In this document: piece by piece, positions 29,573 to 39,736 of the stretch | Numbering within the stretch: the first letter of the stretch is position 1 | Layout of the letters: every line of letters starts with the position of its first letter | Assembly: GCA_034659895.1 (NCBI GenBank) | Contig: JAYEIF010000104.1 | Coordinates: forward strand, 1 to 60,472 | Length of the DNA stretch: 60,472 bases | Source of the DNA: Candidatus Zixiibacteriota bacterium | Lineage (GTDB): Bacteria; Zixibacteria; MSB-5A5; GN15; FEB-12 | Reading direction: 5' to 3' | Program-made: the position numbers and the translations under genes | Notes under the pieces: model-generated | The model's database searches: none | Told to the model about the DNA's origin: nothing | The model's input: only the letters and a program-made list of their open reading frames with translations

Positions 29573-29603
29573 CAGACAAAATATCAGAAGATTCTTTTGT
29601 CTG
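29573..29603 (+). terminator. Possible terminator hairpin after the OM protein gene
   Basis: CAGACAAAA-13 nt-TTTTGTCTG (9 bp), followed by TTGTAAAA. The large loop and weak U tract make this tentative. Confidence 0.3.
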
Positions 29604-29728
29604 TTGTAAAACACATATCCATTGATAAAATCTCTTCTAATCAAGGGTTTACTGCTGGTATGCAAAATTTGAAGTAACATCACTCATCCTTAATTGCGCA
29701 AACTCGGGAATTATATTATACTCTTATC

Positions 29729-29822
29729 GGAAGCGGATGCTGTCTGGTGGCGGTCCCGGCCTTCAAAGCCGTGTGGGGGGCAATCAGGTTGTCCCCGGTG
29801 GGTTCGATTCCCACCCCTTCCG
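29729..29822 (+). tRNA. selC: tRNA-Sec (anticodon UCA)
   Basis: Starts GGAAG.. and ends ..CTTCC-G as in E. coli selC. Has a 6-bp D stem with 4-nt loop (GCTGTC-tggt-GGCGGT), anticodon loop CTTCAAA, a long variable arm (GGGGGC..GTCCCC) and T arm GTGGG-TTCGATT-CCCAC. selA and selB are in the same window. Confidence 0.85.
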
Positions 29823-29931
29823 CTTTGTAATTAACAAAAGAATCGTGTTATTTCAATTCCCTGTCTCATTTATCTTGATGTAGAATAGCTCAATGCTTTG
29901 CTTCATTTAGTAAAAAACTTATCATATTATA

Positions 29932-30852
29932 ATGAACTATATCTCTTCTCAATCTGATTCGCGTGCTATTGGAGCTTTGCTTTTTGGTGCTGTGTGTCTC
30001 AGCTTTGCTCCCATCTTTGTTAAAATGCTTAACAATCTCGGAATGGGACCGACCGCTATTGGTTTCTGGCGTACTCTTCTCGGAGCAGTGATTCTCTTTG
30101 TGTGGACAGTTATAATTAGACAGCGGATAGCAATACCGTGGGTGGTTATGCGGTGGACAATAGCAGCTGGGTTCCTCTTTTCTCTTGATCTTTATTGCTG
30201 GCACAAATCAATACTGTATTCCGGCGCTGGTATGGCAACAATTTTAGCCAATACACAGATTTTTTCGGTTACCATATTAGGTTTCTTCATTTTCAAAGAA
30301 CGCCTGCGTCCTCGGTTTATAGTTGCTGCTACCGCTGCTATTGCAGGTGTTACGCTTTTAATAGGTGTTGGAAGTGATTTTGTTTTCTCCAGTACATATC
30401 TCAATGGGATAATTCTTGGATTACTCACTGGTCTTGTATATGCTCATTATCTTGTCGTGTTGAAATTAGCTGGTCATGAACGTCAATCACCTGCAGGTGG
30501 AGGATCTGGTTTTATATGTTTGATGGCTTGGACATCTCTTTCCTCTGCTTTCTTTCTCGGATTAACCACATTTGTTGATAAAAGTGAAGCTATGCTTCCA
30601 CCCAATTTGCAAGCGCTACTGTATGTTGCGTTGCTTGCTTTTGTTGTGCAAGCTCTTGGCTGGTGGGTAATATCATTCTCTTTGCCTAAAATTGCCGCCT
30701 CGCGCAGTGGCCTCGGGTTACTCCTTCAACCGGTATTGGCAACTATCTGGAGTGTAATTTTCTTTAATGAACATCTTGGGCCAATACAACTTATCGGGGC
30801 TGTCATAACCCTTTCAGCCATCTATGTCGGTTCTGTTAGAAAGAATAGTTGA
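29932..30852 (+). CDS. EamA/DMT-family transporter
   Basis: 306 aa, about 10 TM segments in two EamA-like halves. Confidence 0.85.
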   Translation: MNYISSQSDSRAIGALLFGAVCLSFAPIFVKMLNNLGMGPTAIGFWRTLLGAVILFVWTVIIRQRIAIPWVVMRWTIAAGFLFSLDLYCWHKSILYSGAGMATILANTQIFSVTILGFFIFKERLRPRFIVAATAAIAGVTLLIGVGSDFVFSSTYLNGIILGLLTGLVYAHYLVVLKLAGHERQSPAGGGSGFICLMAWTSLSSAFFLGLTTFVDKSEAMLPPNLQALLYVALLAFVVQALGWWVISFSLPKIAASRSGLGLLLQPVLATIWSVIFFNEHLGPIQLIGAVITLSAIYVGSVRKNS

Positions 30853-30865
30853 TAAAAATGAGTAA

Positions 30866-30896
30866 TAAAAAAGGTGACCGTTGTTACAGTCACCTT
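30866..30896 (-). terminator. Rho-independent terminator of the aminotransferase gene (shared with the convergent transporter gene)
   Basis: AAGGTGAC-10 nt-GTCACCTT. On the - strand the hairpin is followed by TTTTTTATT. Confidence 0.55.
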
Positions 30897-30921
30897 ATGT
30901 TTAAGCTTGTTCAATTTATGT

Positions 30922-32208
30922 CTATTCATCAATCAGAATCGACTCTAAACGCTCAAGAATATAGTCAGCTTCCGATTTTTTGAGAATTAATGGCGGGCTA
31001 ATTCGGATTGTATGTCCATGACTGTCATTGGCCATCAGTCCAAGATTAAGCATCTTCCGACAGTACTCCATAGCGTTTCCGTTATTAACTTGAATTCCGA
31101 TAAATAATCCACGGCTTCGCACCTCTTTAACATGAGATGAACGGTCAGCTATATCGCGAATATTTTCAGACAAATAGCTGCCTACTTTGGCCGCATTTTC
31201 AGCTAGCTTTTCTTTAATAAGTACATCCAGTGCAGTAATGCCCGCTACGCAGGCAAGAGGATATCCTCCGTATGTTGATCCATCACTTCCTGGTACGAAA
31301 GCCATATCCATCAGTTTGGAGTTAGTAACAAAAGCTGACAATGGTACTAACCCTCCGGAGAGAGCTTTGCCGAGAATGATGCCATCTGGGATTACATTCT
31401 CATGCTCAAAGCAGAACGTTTTGCCAGTTCGTCCAAGTCCAACCTGAATCTCATCAAACAGCAAAAGCAAGTCATTCTTGTCAGCGATATCTCTCAAACC
31501 CTTAAGGAAACCATCCGGCGGTCGATACATTCCTCCTTCACCCTGCATTGGCTCTACCAGTATACCACAGGTATTCTCAGTGATAGCGTCTTCGACCTCA
31601 TCGAGGTTGCCATAATCCACAAGTCTAAATCCGGGTGTTATGGGGCCAAATCCCTCTTTGTAGCTTTTAGAAGAGGAGAACGATACTATTGTTATCATAC
31701 GTCCGTGGAAGTTATTGTTAAAGACAATAATCTCCTGCTTGCCATCGGGAATACCTTTCTGCATGAAGCCATAGAAGCGCGCCATTTTTATTGCAGTCTC
31801 CACCGACTCAACACCACCGTTCTTTGGCAAAACCTTGTTTCCCTCTTCACCGAAGCGGGGTCCCAATTGTGGAACCAGATTTGCCAGCTTTTTGAGAAAG
31901 AGTCCAAGAGTATCGGTATAGACTACGTTAGAGATTACTGAGCCATATCCAACCTGTAATGCTTCTACAAGAGCTTTGACTACTTTTGGATGATGGTGCC
32001 CCAAGTTGGCTGCAGAATATGCTGCTAAGCAGTCCAGATATTTATTCCCGTCCTGACTGTATAACCAAATACCTTCGGTCTTACGTACGACCATGTTTTG
32101 GCGTACATAGTGGTTTGCTCCAAAAGTACTTTCGTATTCCATTATAGTATCATCCGGGTAGCCGGAGAAGCCAATTATGGAGTCGTTCACTGTCTTGATA
32201 TTAGCCAT
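30922..32208 (-). CDS. rocD: Class III aminotransferase, ornithine aminotransferase-like
   Basis: 428 aa, motifs DEIQVGLGRTGK and LGKALSGG (PLP-Lys context). Confidence 0.75.
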   Translation of the reverse strand: MANIKTVNDSIIGFSGYPDDTIMEYESTFGANHYVRQNMVVRKTEGIWLYSQDGNKYLDCLAAYSAANLGHHHPKVVKALVEALQVGYGSVISNVVYTDTLGLFLKKLANLVPQLGPRFGEEGNKVLPKNGGVESVETAIKMARFYGFMQKGIPDGKQEIIVFNNNFHGRMITIVSFSSSKSYKEGFGPITPGFRLVDYGNLDEVEDAITENTCGILVEPMQGEGGMYRPPDGFLKGLRDIADKNDLLLLFDEIQVGLGRTGKTFCFEHENVIPDGIILGKALSGGLVPLSAFVTNSKLMDMAFVPGSDGSTYGGYPLACVAGITALDVLIKEKLAENAAKVGSYLSENIRDIADRSSHVKEVRSRGLFIGIQVNNGNAMEYCRKMLNLGLMANDSHGHTIRISPPLILKKSEADYILERLESILIDE

Positions 32209-32481
32209 AGCTCACCTCACTACAAAAAACTTATATTACTACACTATATCGACCAATGAATATATACTTTAGTTCTTAAAATTCAATAGAGAGAAAATAT
32301 TTTATTAGGATAAAAAATTCCACATTATTTTCTGCTTATGGGGCAGTTTGTTTCAAAATAAGACAACCTCTTATGAAAATGGAAAAAATATAGGAGGGAA
32401 TCTATTTTTTAGTTCAAAAAGTTATTGATTTTGAAAAGTTAGGCGCTATACTTGCAAGATATTGACAACTTTGGAGGTGTA

Positions 32482-33372
32482 ATGCCTAAGATTATAGACA
32501 ATAAACAAATTGGCCATATGACTTGGAAAATGCTGGTGGAGGTTCCACGACTCGTTTCCAAAGCAAAGGCGGGGCAGTTTGTTATTTTGCGCGTCAACGA
32601 ACACGGCGAACGTGTTCCTATGTCCATTGCCGGACTTGACCGTGATAAAGGGCTACTGACTATTGTATATCAGGTGGTGGGGAAAACTTCAGCTTTGATG
32701 ACAACTGTTGAAGCCGGTGGGGAGATTTCAGATTGTGTTGGACCCCTTGGGATGCCAACCCCAGTGGAAAACTGGGGTACTGCTTGTGTGGTTGGCGGAG
32801 GTATCGGCATTGCTCCGATACACCTCATTGCTAAGGCTTACAAGGAAGCCGGCAACAAAGTCATTACTATCATTGGTGCCAGAACAAAGGACTTATTATT
32901 CTATGAGAAAGAACACAAAGAGGTTTCCGATAAACTGATTGTGTGTACCGATGATGGGTCGTATGGTCATCATGGATTTGTTACCGATCCGTTGAAGAAA
33001 CTATTGGATGATGGAGTCTCTATCGGTATGATTATGACTGTCGGGCCGGTTCCAATGATGAAGTTTCTCAGTAATATGACTAGACCATACAATGTCCCTA
33101 CTTGGGTTTCACTGAATCCTCTGATGATTGACGGTACCGGCATGTGCGGTGGTTGCCGCGTGCAGATAGGTGATGAGACCAAGTTTGCCTGTGTTGACGG
33201 TCCTGATTTTGACGGCCATTTAGTCGATTTTGATTTACTTACGTCGCGGCTTGAAGCTTATCGCGAGCAGGAACATAAATCTATGAAGCGTTTCCTTGGA
33301 GATCCTGGGTGTAAACTGGCTGAGTCAGTTAAGAAGTTTAAGTATCCCGAAGAGCAAGCCGGGACGAAATAG
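32482..33372 (+). CDS. NfnA-like FAD/NAD-binding oxidoreductase (sulfide dehydrogenase / DHOD electron-transfer subunit family)
   Basis: 296 aa from ATG 32482 (GGAGG RBS). C-terminal Cys cluster (GTGMCGGCRV..FACVDGP) typical of the PyrK/NfnA family. Paired with a GltD-like gene. Confidence 0.8.
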   Translation: MPKIIDNKQIGHMTWKMLVEVPRLVSKAKAGQFVILRVNEHGERVPMSIAGLDRDKGLLTIVYQVVGKTSALMTTVEAGGEISDCVGPLGMPTPVENWGTACVVGGGIGIAPIHLIAKAYKEAGNKVITIIGARTKDLLFYEKEHKEVSDKLIVCTDDGSYGHHGFVTDPLKKLLDDGVSIGMIMTVGPVPMMKFLSNMTRPYNVPTWVSLNPLMIDGTGMCGGCRVQIGDETKFACVDGPDFDGHLVDFDLLTSRLEAYREQEHKSMKRFLGDPGCKLAESVKKFKYPEEQAGTK

Positions 33373-33387
33373 GAAGGTGCGACAACG

Positions 33388-34848
33388 ATGAGCGACGCTA
33401 AAAAAAAGAAGAAAAAACCAGAGGGACCGAACAAACTTAAAGTTAAAGAGAGGATGAAGCTCCCGCGTGAGGTTATGCTCTCGCAGGAACCATCCAAACG
33501 CGTTAAGAACTTTAATGAAGTACCCAACGGTCTGACTGATGAACAGGCTTACAATGAAGCTTTGCGCTGCCTCGAATGTCCAAATCAACCATGTGTCGAT
33601 GGCTGTCCTGTTGAAGTTGATATTCCTGGATTTATCCGTTTGATTCTCGAGAAGGATGTTGCAGGGGCGGCACGCAAAATCAAGGAGACCAACTCTCTAC
33701 CAGCAATTTGCGGCAGAGTATGCCCACAGGAAGAACAGTGCGAAATAGTTTGTGTAACTGGTAAAAAGGGAAAGCCCGTAGCAATTGGGCATCTGGAAAG
33801 ATATGTAGCAGACTACGAGCGTGACAACAAGCTAGTAAAACTCCCTGAAATTGCTCCCTCGACAGGACGTAAAGTAGCCATTGTTGGATCCGGCCCGGCT
33901 GGATTGACTGTTGCAGGAGATCTTATCAAACTTGGCCACGCTGTTACGGTATTCGAAGCTCTGCACAAACCGGGCGGTGTGCTCGTTTACGGCATACCTG
34001 AGTTCCGTCTTCCAAAATCCATCGTGCAGGCAGAATGTGATTTTATGGGTGATATGGGCGTGGAATTCGAAAACTCGACTGTTGTTGGTAAGATGGATAC
34101 TATCGACGAACTATTCGAGATGGGCTATGATGCTATCTTCATCGGTACCGGCGCCGGATTGCCACGTTTTATGGGTATCGAGGGCGAGAACCTAATCGGT
34201 ATTTATTCTGCCAATGAGTATCTTACTCGTTCTAATCTGATGCGTGCCTTTGATCCTGATGAATACGACACGCCGATTATTCGTGGAAAGAATGTTGCTG
34301 TTCTCGGCGGTGGAAATACCGCTATGGATTCAGTCCGTACAGGCTTGCGTTTAGGGGCTGAGAACGCTCGCATTGTCTACCGTCGAAGTGATAAAGAGAT
34401 GCCTGCCCGTATTGAAGAGATCCATCACGCCGAAGAAGAGGGAGTGCAATTCCATTTGCTGACTAATCCGGTCAAGTACATCGGTGATGATCAAGGCAGG
34501 GTAAAAGCTATGGAGTGCATAAAAATGGAACTTGGTGAACCGGATGATTCCGGACGCCGCAGGCCAGTACCGATAGAAGGCTCAAACTTTGTTATGAAAA
34601 CAGACCTCGTTGTTGTAGCTATTGGTAACGCATCTAATCCGTTGATTCCCAAAACCACTCCCGGACTTGACAGTAACAAGTGGGGCAATATCACGGTTAA
34701 CGAGGAGACGATGCAAACTTCCCGTAAAGGTGTCTATGCGGGAGGTGATATCGTTACCGGTGGTGCAACCGTTATCCTGGCAGCTGGTGCAGGAAAGAAA
34801 GCTGCTAAAGCAATGCATAAGTATTTGATGGAAGAAGTGAAGAAGTAA
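33388..34848 (+). CDS. NfnB-like / glutamate synthase small-subunit (GltD) family NADPH oxidoreductase
   Basis: 486 aa, two Fe-S Cys motifs (CLECPNQPCVDGCP; CGRVCPQEEQCE), FAD/NAD motifs VAIVGSGPAGL and VLGGGNTAMD. Confidence 0.85.
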   Translation: MSDAKKKKKKPEGPNKLKVKERMKLPREVMLSQEPSKRVKNFNEVPNGLTDEQAYNEALRCLECPNQPCVDGCPVEVDIPGFIRLILEKDVAGAARKIKETNSLPAICGRVCPQEEQCEIVCVTGKKGKPVAIGHLERYVADYERDNKLVKLPEIAPSTGRKVAIVGSGPAGLTVAGDLIKLGHAVTVFEALHKPGGVLVYGIPEFRLPKSIVQAECDFMGDMGVEFENSTVVGKMDTIDELFEMGYDAIFIGTGAGLPRFMGIEGENLIGIYSANEYLTRSNLMRAFDPDEYDTPIIRGKNVAVLGGGNTAMDSVRTGLRLGAENARIVYRRSDKEMPARIEEIHHAEEEGVQFHLLTNPVKYIGDDQGRVKAMECIKMELGEPDDSGRRRPVPIEGSNFVMKTDLVVVAIGNASNPLIPKTTPGLDSNKWGNITVNEETMQTSRKGVYAGGDIVTGGATVILAAGAGKKAAKAMHKYLMEEVKK

Positions 34849-34972
34849 CTGTTTCGTATTCAAATATGGAATTATACTTACCGTGATAGGTGATTAGCTC
34901 CTGCCAAATTCATTGAAAATGATTTCGGTTTACCTGATTTACATTTCTTAAATAGGGTCTGCTGAATAAAGT

Positions 34973-34994
34973 ACCTGTCCGCTCGACAGGCGGG
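34973..34994 (+). repeat. GC-rich hairpin module, copy B1
   Basis: ACCTGTCCGCTCGACAGGCGGG is 21/22 identical to 45-66. It can fold as CCTGTC-5 nt-GACAGG. Confidence 0.6.
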
Positions 34995-35145
34995 TAAGTT
35001 CTTTGTTCATAAATAGATAAGCATGTTTTGTATTGTTTCAAGTGAAAGGGTTTTGTTATAAATAGCTTAAAAGGCTTGCACTTGATAAACATTCTATTCG
35101 CGTAGCAGCGGGGCTTGTCTCCGCTGTGTGTGTAGAAACGGGCGA

Positions 35146-35217
35146 CACAAGGCCGCCCGCTACGCGAATTTGAGATTGTGGTACATAATAATTAATTATT
35201 CGGCAAGCCCTAAATAT
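35146..35217 (+). repeat. GC-rich modular repeat, copy B2
   Basis: CACAAGGCCGCCCGCTAC (identical to 29-46) plus a 46-nt block (35172-35217) that is 42/46 identical to 86-131. Ends 40 nt upstream of the queG ATG. Confidence 0.6.
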
Positions 35218-35256
35218 CTTCGTGCTGTTCGTTATCAAACTTGTTATACTTATTCT

Positions 35257-36219
35257 ATGCTGAACTCAGAAATCGTCAAGCGACTAGCTGCCGCCTGTGG
35301 ATTTGATCTGTGTGGAATTACTACTCCCGATGTTATTCCCGATGATACAGAGCGGTTGTCTCACTGGCTTGAGCAAGGGCACCACGCTGAGATGAAATGG
35401 TTAGCCAAATCGGCTAATCGACGAACTGATCCACGCCAATTATTGCCAAGTACGCAATCGCTTATTATGTTGGGTGTCAACTACTTCCAGCCAAATACTA
35501 AAGGATTACTTGATGGATATGGGCGTGTCTCGCGCTATGCGCGGGGGAGAGATTACCATAAAGTAATCTCCCGAATGGTAAAACATCTGATTGAAAAAAT
35601 GAAAGATTCCCTCGGTAGTAAAACAGATCATGATTTTTTCTGGTATGTTGACTACGGTCCTTTTCTCGAACGTGCTTATGCTGCAAAGGCTGGATTAGGA
35701 TTTGTAGGTAAGAACAGTATGCTGATAAATCGCACTTTCGGATCGTGGTTTTTTATTTCGGAGATACTTACCTCAGTTAAGTTGAAACCGGATAAACCAT
35801 ATAGCGGAGATAATAATCACTGTGGTAAGTGCACACTTTGTGTGGATGCTTGCCCAACCGGGGCGATTCTGCCAGACAAAGTCATCGATTCGAGAAAATG
35901 TATTTCATATCTTACCATCGAACGACCATCACACATTCCCGATAGTCTTACCGACAAGACTGACAGCTTGCTGTTCGGGTGCGATATTTGTCAGGAAGTC
36001 TGTCCATACAATAATCAAGCTAAACAGACAAACCATACTGAATTTTTACCCGATAATGGAGTGGGGGAGTTTCTTGATGCTCGGCAGATACTCAAGATGA
36101 AAACCCGCGAGGAATTCCTAAATCTGACAGCAGGTACCCCTCTTACCCGTCCTCGCTTAAAAGGACTTCAGCAAAACGCCCGCATTGTCCTTGCGAACCA
36201 ATCGGACAAGCATAGCTGA
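35257..36219 (+). CDS. queG: Epoxyqueuosine reductase
   Basis: 320 aa from ATG 35257. Ferredoxin motifs [12 protein letters not shown] and [11 protein letters not shown], QueG-like N-terminus. The tracked ORF start at 35128 reads through the non-coding repeat. Confidence 0.88.
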   Translation: MLNSEIVKRLAAACGFDLCGITTPDVIPDDTERLSHWLEQGHHAEMKWLAKSANRRTDPRQLLPSTQSLIMLGVNYFQPNTKGLLDGYGRVSRYARGRDYHKVISRMVKHLIEKMKDSLGSKTDHDFFWYVDYGPFLERAYAAKAGLGFVGKNSMLINRTFGSWFFISEILTSVKLKPDKPYSGDNNHCGKCTLCVDACPTGAILPDKVIDSRKCISYLTIERPSHIPDSLTDKTDSLLFGCDICQEVCPYNNQAKQTNHTEFLPDNGVGEFLDARQILKMKTREEFLNLTAGTPLTRPRLKGLQQNARIVLANQSDKHS

Positions 36220-36251
36220 CAATTACTATTAAGTTCATTAATCCGACGCTT

Positions 36252-36286
36252 ATGAGTCATCTATATTTATAGAGATAATGACTCAT
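36252..36286. terminator. Hairpin between convergent queG and the amidohydrolase gene
   Basis: ATGAGTCAT..ATGACTCAT (9 bp) with inner CTATA/TATAG pairing. It overlaps the amidohydrolase stop codon. Confidence 0.3.
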
Positions 36287-37850
36287 GATGGTATTTTACT
36301 TTACCATCTATAACCGTACCTAAAACTTTGATATCACCAATCCGACCAGTTGCGATTCGAGTGATATCGTCCGACAATATTACAAAATCGGCAGGATAGT
36401 CAGGTATTAGTCTTCCGCGACATTGAGATTGGCCGACTGCGATAGCCGGTCCAACAGTAAAGCTATAGAGTGCTTCATAAACAGTAATACGCTCTTTCGG
36501 GTAGAAAATATCCCGCTTTCCAGGACGAGCCCGACGCACAGCCGCAGCAATACCTGCGATTGGATCAAGTGGTTCAATTGGTACATCCGATCCAAAAGCC
36601 AAATCAATTCCACGGTCGAGCAATGTCCTGAAGATATAAGCATTGGCGACACGAGAGCTCCAGTATTTTCGCATCATATATATGTCGGATAGGCATTGTG
36701 AGGGTTGCATCGAAGCCACAATCCCCAAGCATTTTACTCTATCAATATCCTTTTTCCTCATCAGTTGAAGATGTTCAATGCGGTGTCGTGCTGGAGATTG
36801 TAATGACGGCGCCTTTTCCAAAGCATCGAGTACATTGGAAACAGCACGATCCCCAATAGCGTGAATTGCGCATGGCAATCCAAGTTTTGCCGCTGAGCGT
36901 GCGATACGGAGAATCTCTTTTGGGGTCGTTACTTCTATGCCATAATTTTTACCATCGGTATATTTATTGAAACAGAGTGCGCTCTGACTACCAAGTGATC
37001 CATCTGCGAACAGTTTTACTCCAGCTATACGGAAAAAGTCTGTCCCAACTCCATACTGTGTATTAGTTTTGCGTAAATTGGGTAGCAGTTCGGCTAATGG
37101 ATAACTATTTATCCGCAGGCCAGTCATATTTTTCTCGGCTAAGCCCATTAGGTATTCAAACGAGTCAGGACCGTCGAAAGAATGTATGCCCGTTACTCCA
37201 CGACGATAGGCAATCTGTAAAGCTTTACGGTAATATCGATCGAGCTGTTCTTTTGTGGGAGGATTGATACAGTCAAATACTCGTTGGTAGGCGGCTTTCT
37301 CACGTAATATGCCAGAGGGGGTTCCATCAGAGAATCTAACTATCTCGCCACCTTCAGGGTCACGGGTACGATTTGATATCCCTGCAATCTCCAACGCTTT
37401 ACTGTTTACCCATGCTGTATGTTGGTCCTTTGAGTAAATAAAAGCAGGACGCTCACCTGTAACCTTGTCAAGCATGAAACGGTCAGGCTCGACACGCCTG
37501 CGGAAGTGGTCAGGATAGTAGCCTGACCCTACTACCCATTCTTTTTTCCCCAATCCAATGCTGAATCGTTTAATTTCGCTAAGGCAGGCATCAAGTGAAT
37601 CAAATTCCTGTAGCCACACTCGTCCTAGCGATAACGCAAAATACACAAAGTGTGTGTGAGCATCCACAAAACCCGGAACTATAGTTCGTCCGTGAAGATT
37701 AATACGATTATATTTGCGGAAAATACTCGCCCGTTCGAGACCATTTCCGATGGCAATAATTTTCCCTTGTTCAATAACCATCGAATCTACAGTCAAATTG
37801 TCCATCATCGTGTAGATACGGGCGTTAGAAATCAAACTCCTTGTTTGCAA
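36267..37850 (-). CDS. Amidohydrolase-family (amidohydrolase 3) metal-dependent hydrolase
   Basis: 527 aa, N-terminal HTH metal motif (FVDAHTHF), later AIHAIGD and a C-terminal GSD. Its start overlaps the selB 3' end by 26 nt. Confidence 0.8.
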   Translation of the reverse strand: MQTRSLISNARIYTMMDNLTVDSMVIEQGKIIAIGNGLERASIFRKYNRINLHGRTIVPGFVDAHTHFVYFALSLGRVWLQEFDSLDACLSEIKRFSIGLGKKEWVVGSGYYPDHFRRRVEPDRFMLDKVTGERPAFIYSKDQHTAWVNSKALEIAGISNRTRDPEGGEIVRFSDGTPSGILREKAAYQRVFDCINPPTKEQLDRYYRKALQIAYRRGVTGIHSFDGPDSFEYLMGLAEKNMTGLRINSYPLAELLPNLRKTNTQYGVGTDFFRIAGVKLFADGSLGSQSALCFNKYTDGKNYGIEVTTPKEILRIARSAAKLGLPCAIHAIGDRAVSNVLDALEKAPSLQSPARHRIEHLQLMRKKDIDRVKCLGIVASMQPSQCLSDIYMMRKYWSSRVANAYIFRTLLDRGIDLAFGSDVPIEPLDPIAGIAAAVRRARPGKRDIFYPKERITVYEALYSFTVGPAIAVGQSQCRGRLIPDYPADFVILSDDITRIATGRIGDIKVLGTVIDGKVKYHHESLSL

Positions 37851-39729
37851 AACGTTCTCCTTTTATACGGACATCCCCTTCTCGGCGGGTTAATTTTATA
37901 CTGTCCATTTCTTCAAGAACAGGAATAGCAAACTTTCGAGTAAACCCAAACCGCTCGCGCAAATCAGAAACTGACAGAGGAGGGGAGGACGAGAGCTTCT
38001 TTTGTACAAATTGAACAATCTCTTCCCAGACCTCACTGAGAAATACAAAGCTCGTTCCGCATTTGTAACCTTCGCCAGAATCCAAAATGAACCTGATTGC
38101 CTCCCTGTATGATTTGCCTTTATCGGCTAATTTGGATAGAGTTGGAGGAGTGTATTTTTCCTGTTGCAGAAGGGTCATAATTTCATTATACGCTTTTTTG
38201 ACTGGACCTTTAAGACTCATATTGCGACCACTTAAATTGTAGTCACTAGCAGATTTCATAAGTGTTCCGTTTGACACCATCTGTTTGACGAGGATATCTG
38301 TTGTCTCGGCTATAAAAGGGGAGAGTCGGATTATTTGCTCAAGCGGTATTCCTTTCAAGTGCGGTTTACTGTCGAGATATTTGACTATTTTGATATGTAG
38401 AGCCGCTATCGCATCTTTGAGAACGTCAAAACGGAACACATAATCTTCAAAGAAACCAACCTGTCTCTCTTTATACATCTTATTTGCAGTCTTCTTAATT
38501 TCGTCTTTTGAGAAATCAGTTTTGTCAAGCAGTTGCTCTCGTGAGATAAGTATGTGTTTTTGAAGCTCTGATAGTATCAAATCCTCAAGTTGTCCTGACA
38601 GCCGCTGTCGTAGATATTCAAAATTCTTCAGCAACCTGCGACGAGGAAAATGTTTTAGATGATCAAGAATTATACCTCCTCCAAGTGTAACCATAGGAGT
38701 TGGGAGACGAATAATAAAATGATCGCAAATCAGAGTATATATTGGCTTGTCTGGTTTGAAGAAAACAATTCCTTCTTGAGAGGGTTTTAGTTCTCTTTCA
38801 CCAAACAATCGTAATTCACCTTCAATTTCGGTAGTACCTACTATCATTAAAACCCGACGTCGATCGACGATCGAAATCGGAGAATTCTTGAGAAGTTCAA
38901 AAGAAAGAGCCAATATCGGGTAATCTTCAAAGAAGGTTAGATCTGTACGGTAGGTGATTACTCCCCCACGTACAAGTTGTTCTTGGTTGATTCCAGTGAG
39001 CGATATAGCGGTGCGCTGTCCAGGAGTAGCTATTTCAACATTCTGGCCTACAGATTGGAGTGACCTTATTTTAGCTGTTACTCGAGATGGCCACAGAGAA
39101 ACTGTTTGTCCAAACTTAAAACTTCCACTACGGAGTGTACCAGTTGCTATTCCACCGATACCGGGACGAACGAATGATCGGTCGATACTCAGACGAGGTT
39201 TTCCGATATCCTTGCGAGACTGTACCTTTTGTGTCATATCATTAAGGTGCAATTTTAATACATCAAATCCTTCGCCAGTTTGAGCAGAGACAGATAGAAT
39301 AGGAGCATCGGCAAGGAAAGACCCAGCCACTTTGTCCCTGATATCATTCTCAAGAAGTTCCAGCCAGTCTCTTTCAACAATATCTATTTTGTTAATAACT
39401 ATTAATCCATGTCTGATTCCGAGAAGTCTCACAACTTGAAAATGTTCTTCACTTTGTGGCATCCAGCCGTCATCTGCTGCAATTACCAGCATAACCGCAT
39501 CGATGCCCCCTGCGCCGGCTATCATATTTTTTACAAAGCGTTCGTGCCCGGGAACATCAACAAAAGCGACGGTTTTATTATCTGTTAACTGATAGAAAGC
39601 AAATCCAAGATCAATAGTCATTCCCCGTGTTTTTTCCTCAGGCAGACGATCCGGATCAGTTCCTGTAAGGCGTTTTACAATTAAAGATTTACCATGATCA
39701 ATATGGCCAGCGGTACCTATAACAATCAT
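37825..39729 (-). CDS. selB: Selenocysteine-specific elongation factor SelB
   Basis: 634 aa, GTPase motifs [19 protein letters not shown] and NKID, plus a long C-terminal winged-helix-type extension. Immediately downstream of selA. Confidence 0.92.
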   Translation of the reverse strand: MIVIGTAGHIDHGKSLIVKRLTGTDPDRLPEEKTRGMTIDLGFAFYQLTDNKTVAFVDVPGHERFVKNMIAGAGGIDAVMLVIAADDGWMPQSEEHFQVVRLLGIRHGLIVINKIDIVERDWLELLENDIRDKVAGSFLADAPILSVSAQTGEGFDVLKLHLNDMTQKVQSRKDIGKPRLSIDRSFVRPGIGGIATGTLRSGSFKFGQTVSLWPSRVTAKIRSLQSVGQNVEIATPGQRTAISLTGINQEQLVRGGVITYRTDLTFFEDYPILALSFELLKNSPISIVDRRRVLMIVGTTEIEGELRLFGERELKPSQEGIVFFKPDKPIYTLICDHFIIRLPTPMVTLGGGIILDHLKHFPRRRLLKNFEYLRQRLSGQLEDLILSELQKHILISREQLLDKTDFSKDEIKKTANKMYKERQVGFFEDYVFRFDVLKDAIAALHIKIVKYLDSKPHLKGIPLEQIIRLSPFIAETTDILVKQMVSNGTLMKSASDYNLSGRNMSLKGPVKKAYNEIMTLLQQEKYTPPTLSKLADKGKSYREAIRFILDSGEGYKCGTSFVFLSEVWEEIVQFVQKKLSSSPPLSVSDLRERFGFTRKFAIPVLEEMDSIKLTRREGDVRIKGERFANKEFDF

Positions 39730-39736
39730 CTATTAC

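Noticed and set aside
33397-33420. A-rich run (aaaaaaaagaagaaaaaa) at the 5' end of the NfnB-like gene, considered as a slippery or phase-variable tract
   Set aside because: The run is interrupted by G residues and encodes an in-frame Lys-rich N-terminus. There is no alternative-frame ORF to shift into.
35128-35256. N-terminal 43-codon extension of the queG ORF
   Set aside because: The extension reads through the GC-rich repeat, whose other copy is in a different frame. The QueG-like sequence begins at ATG 35257.
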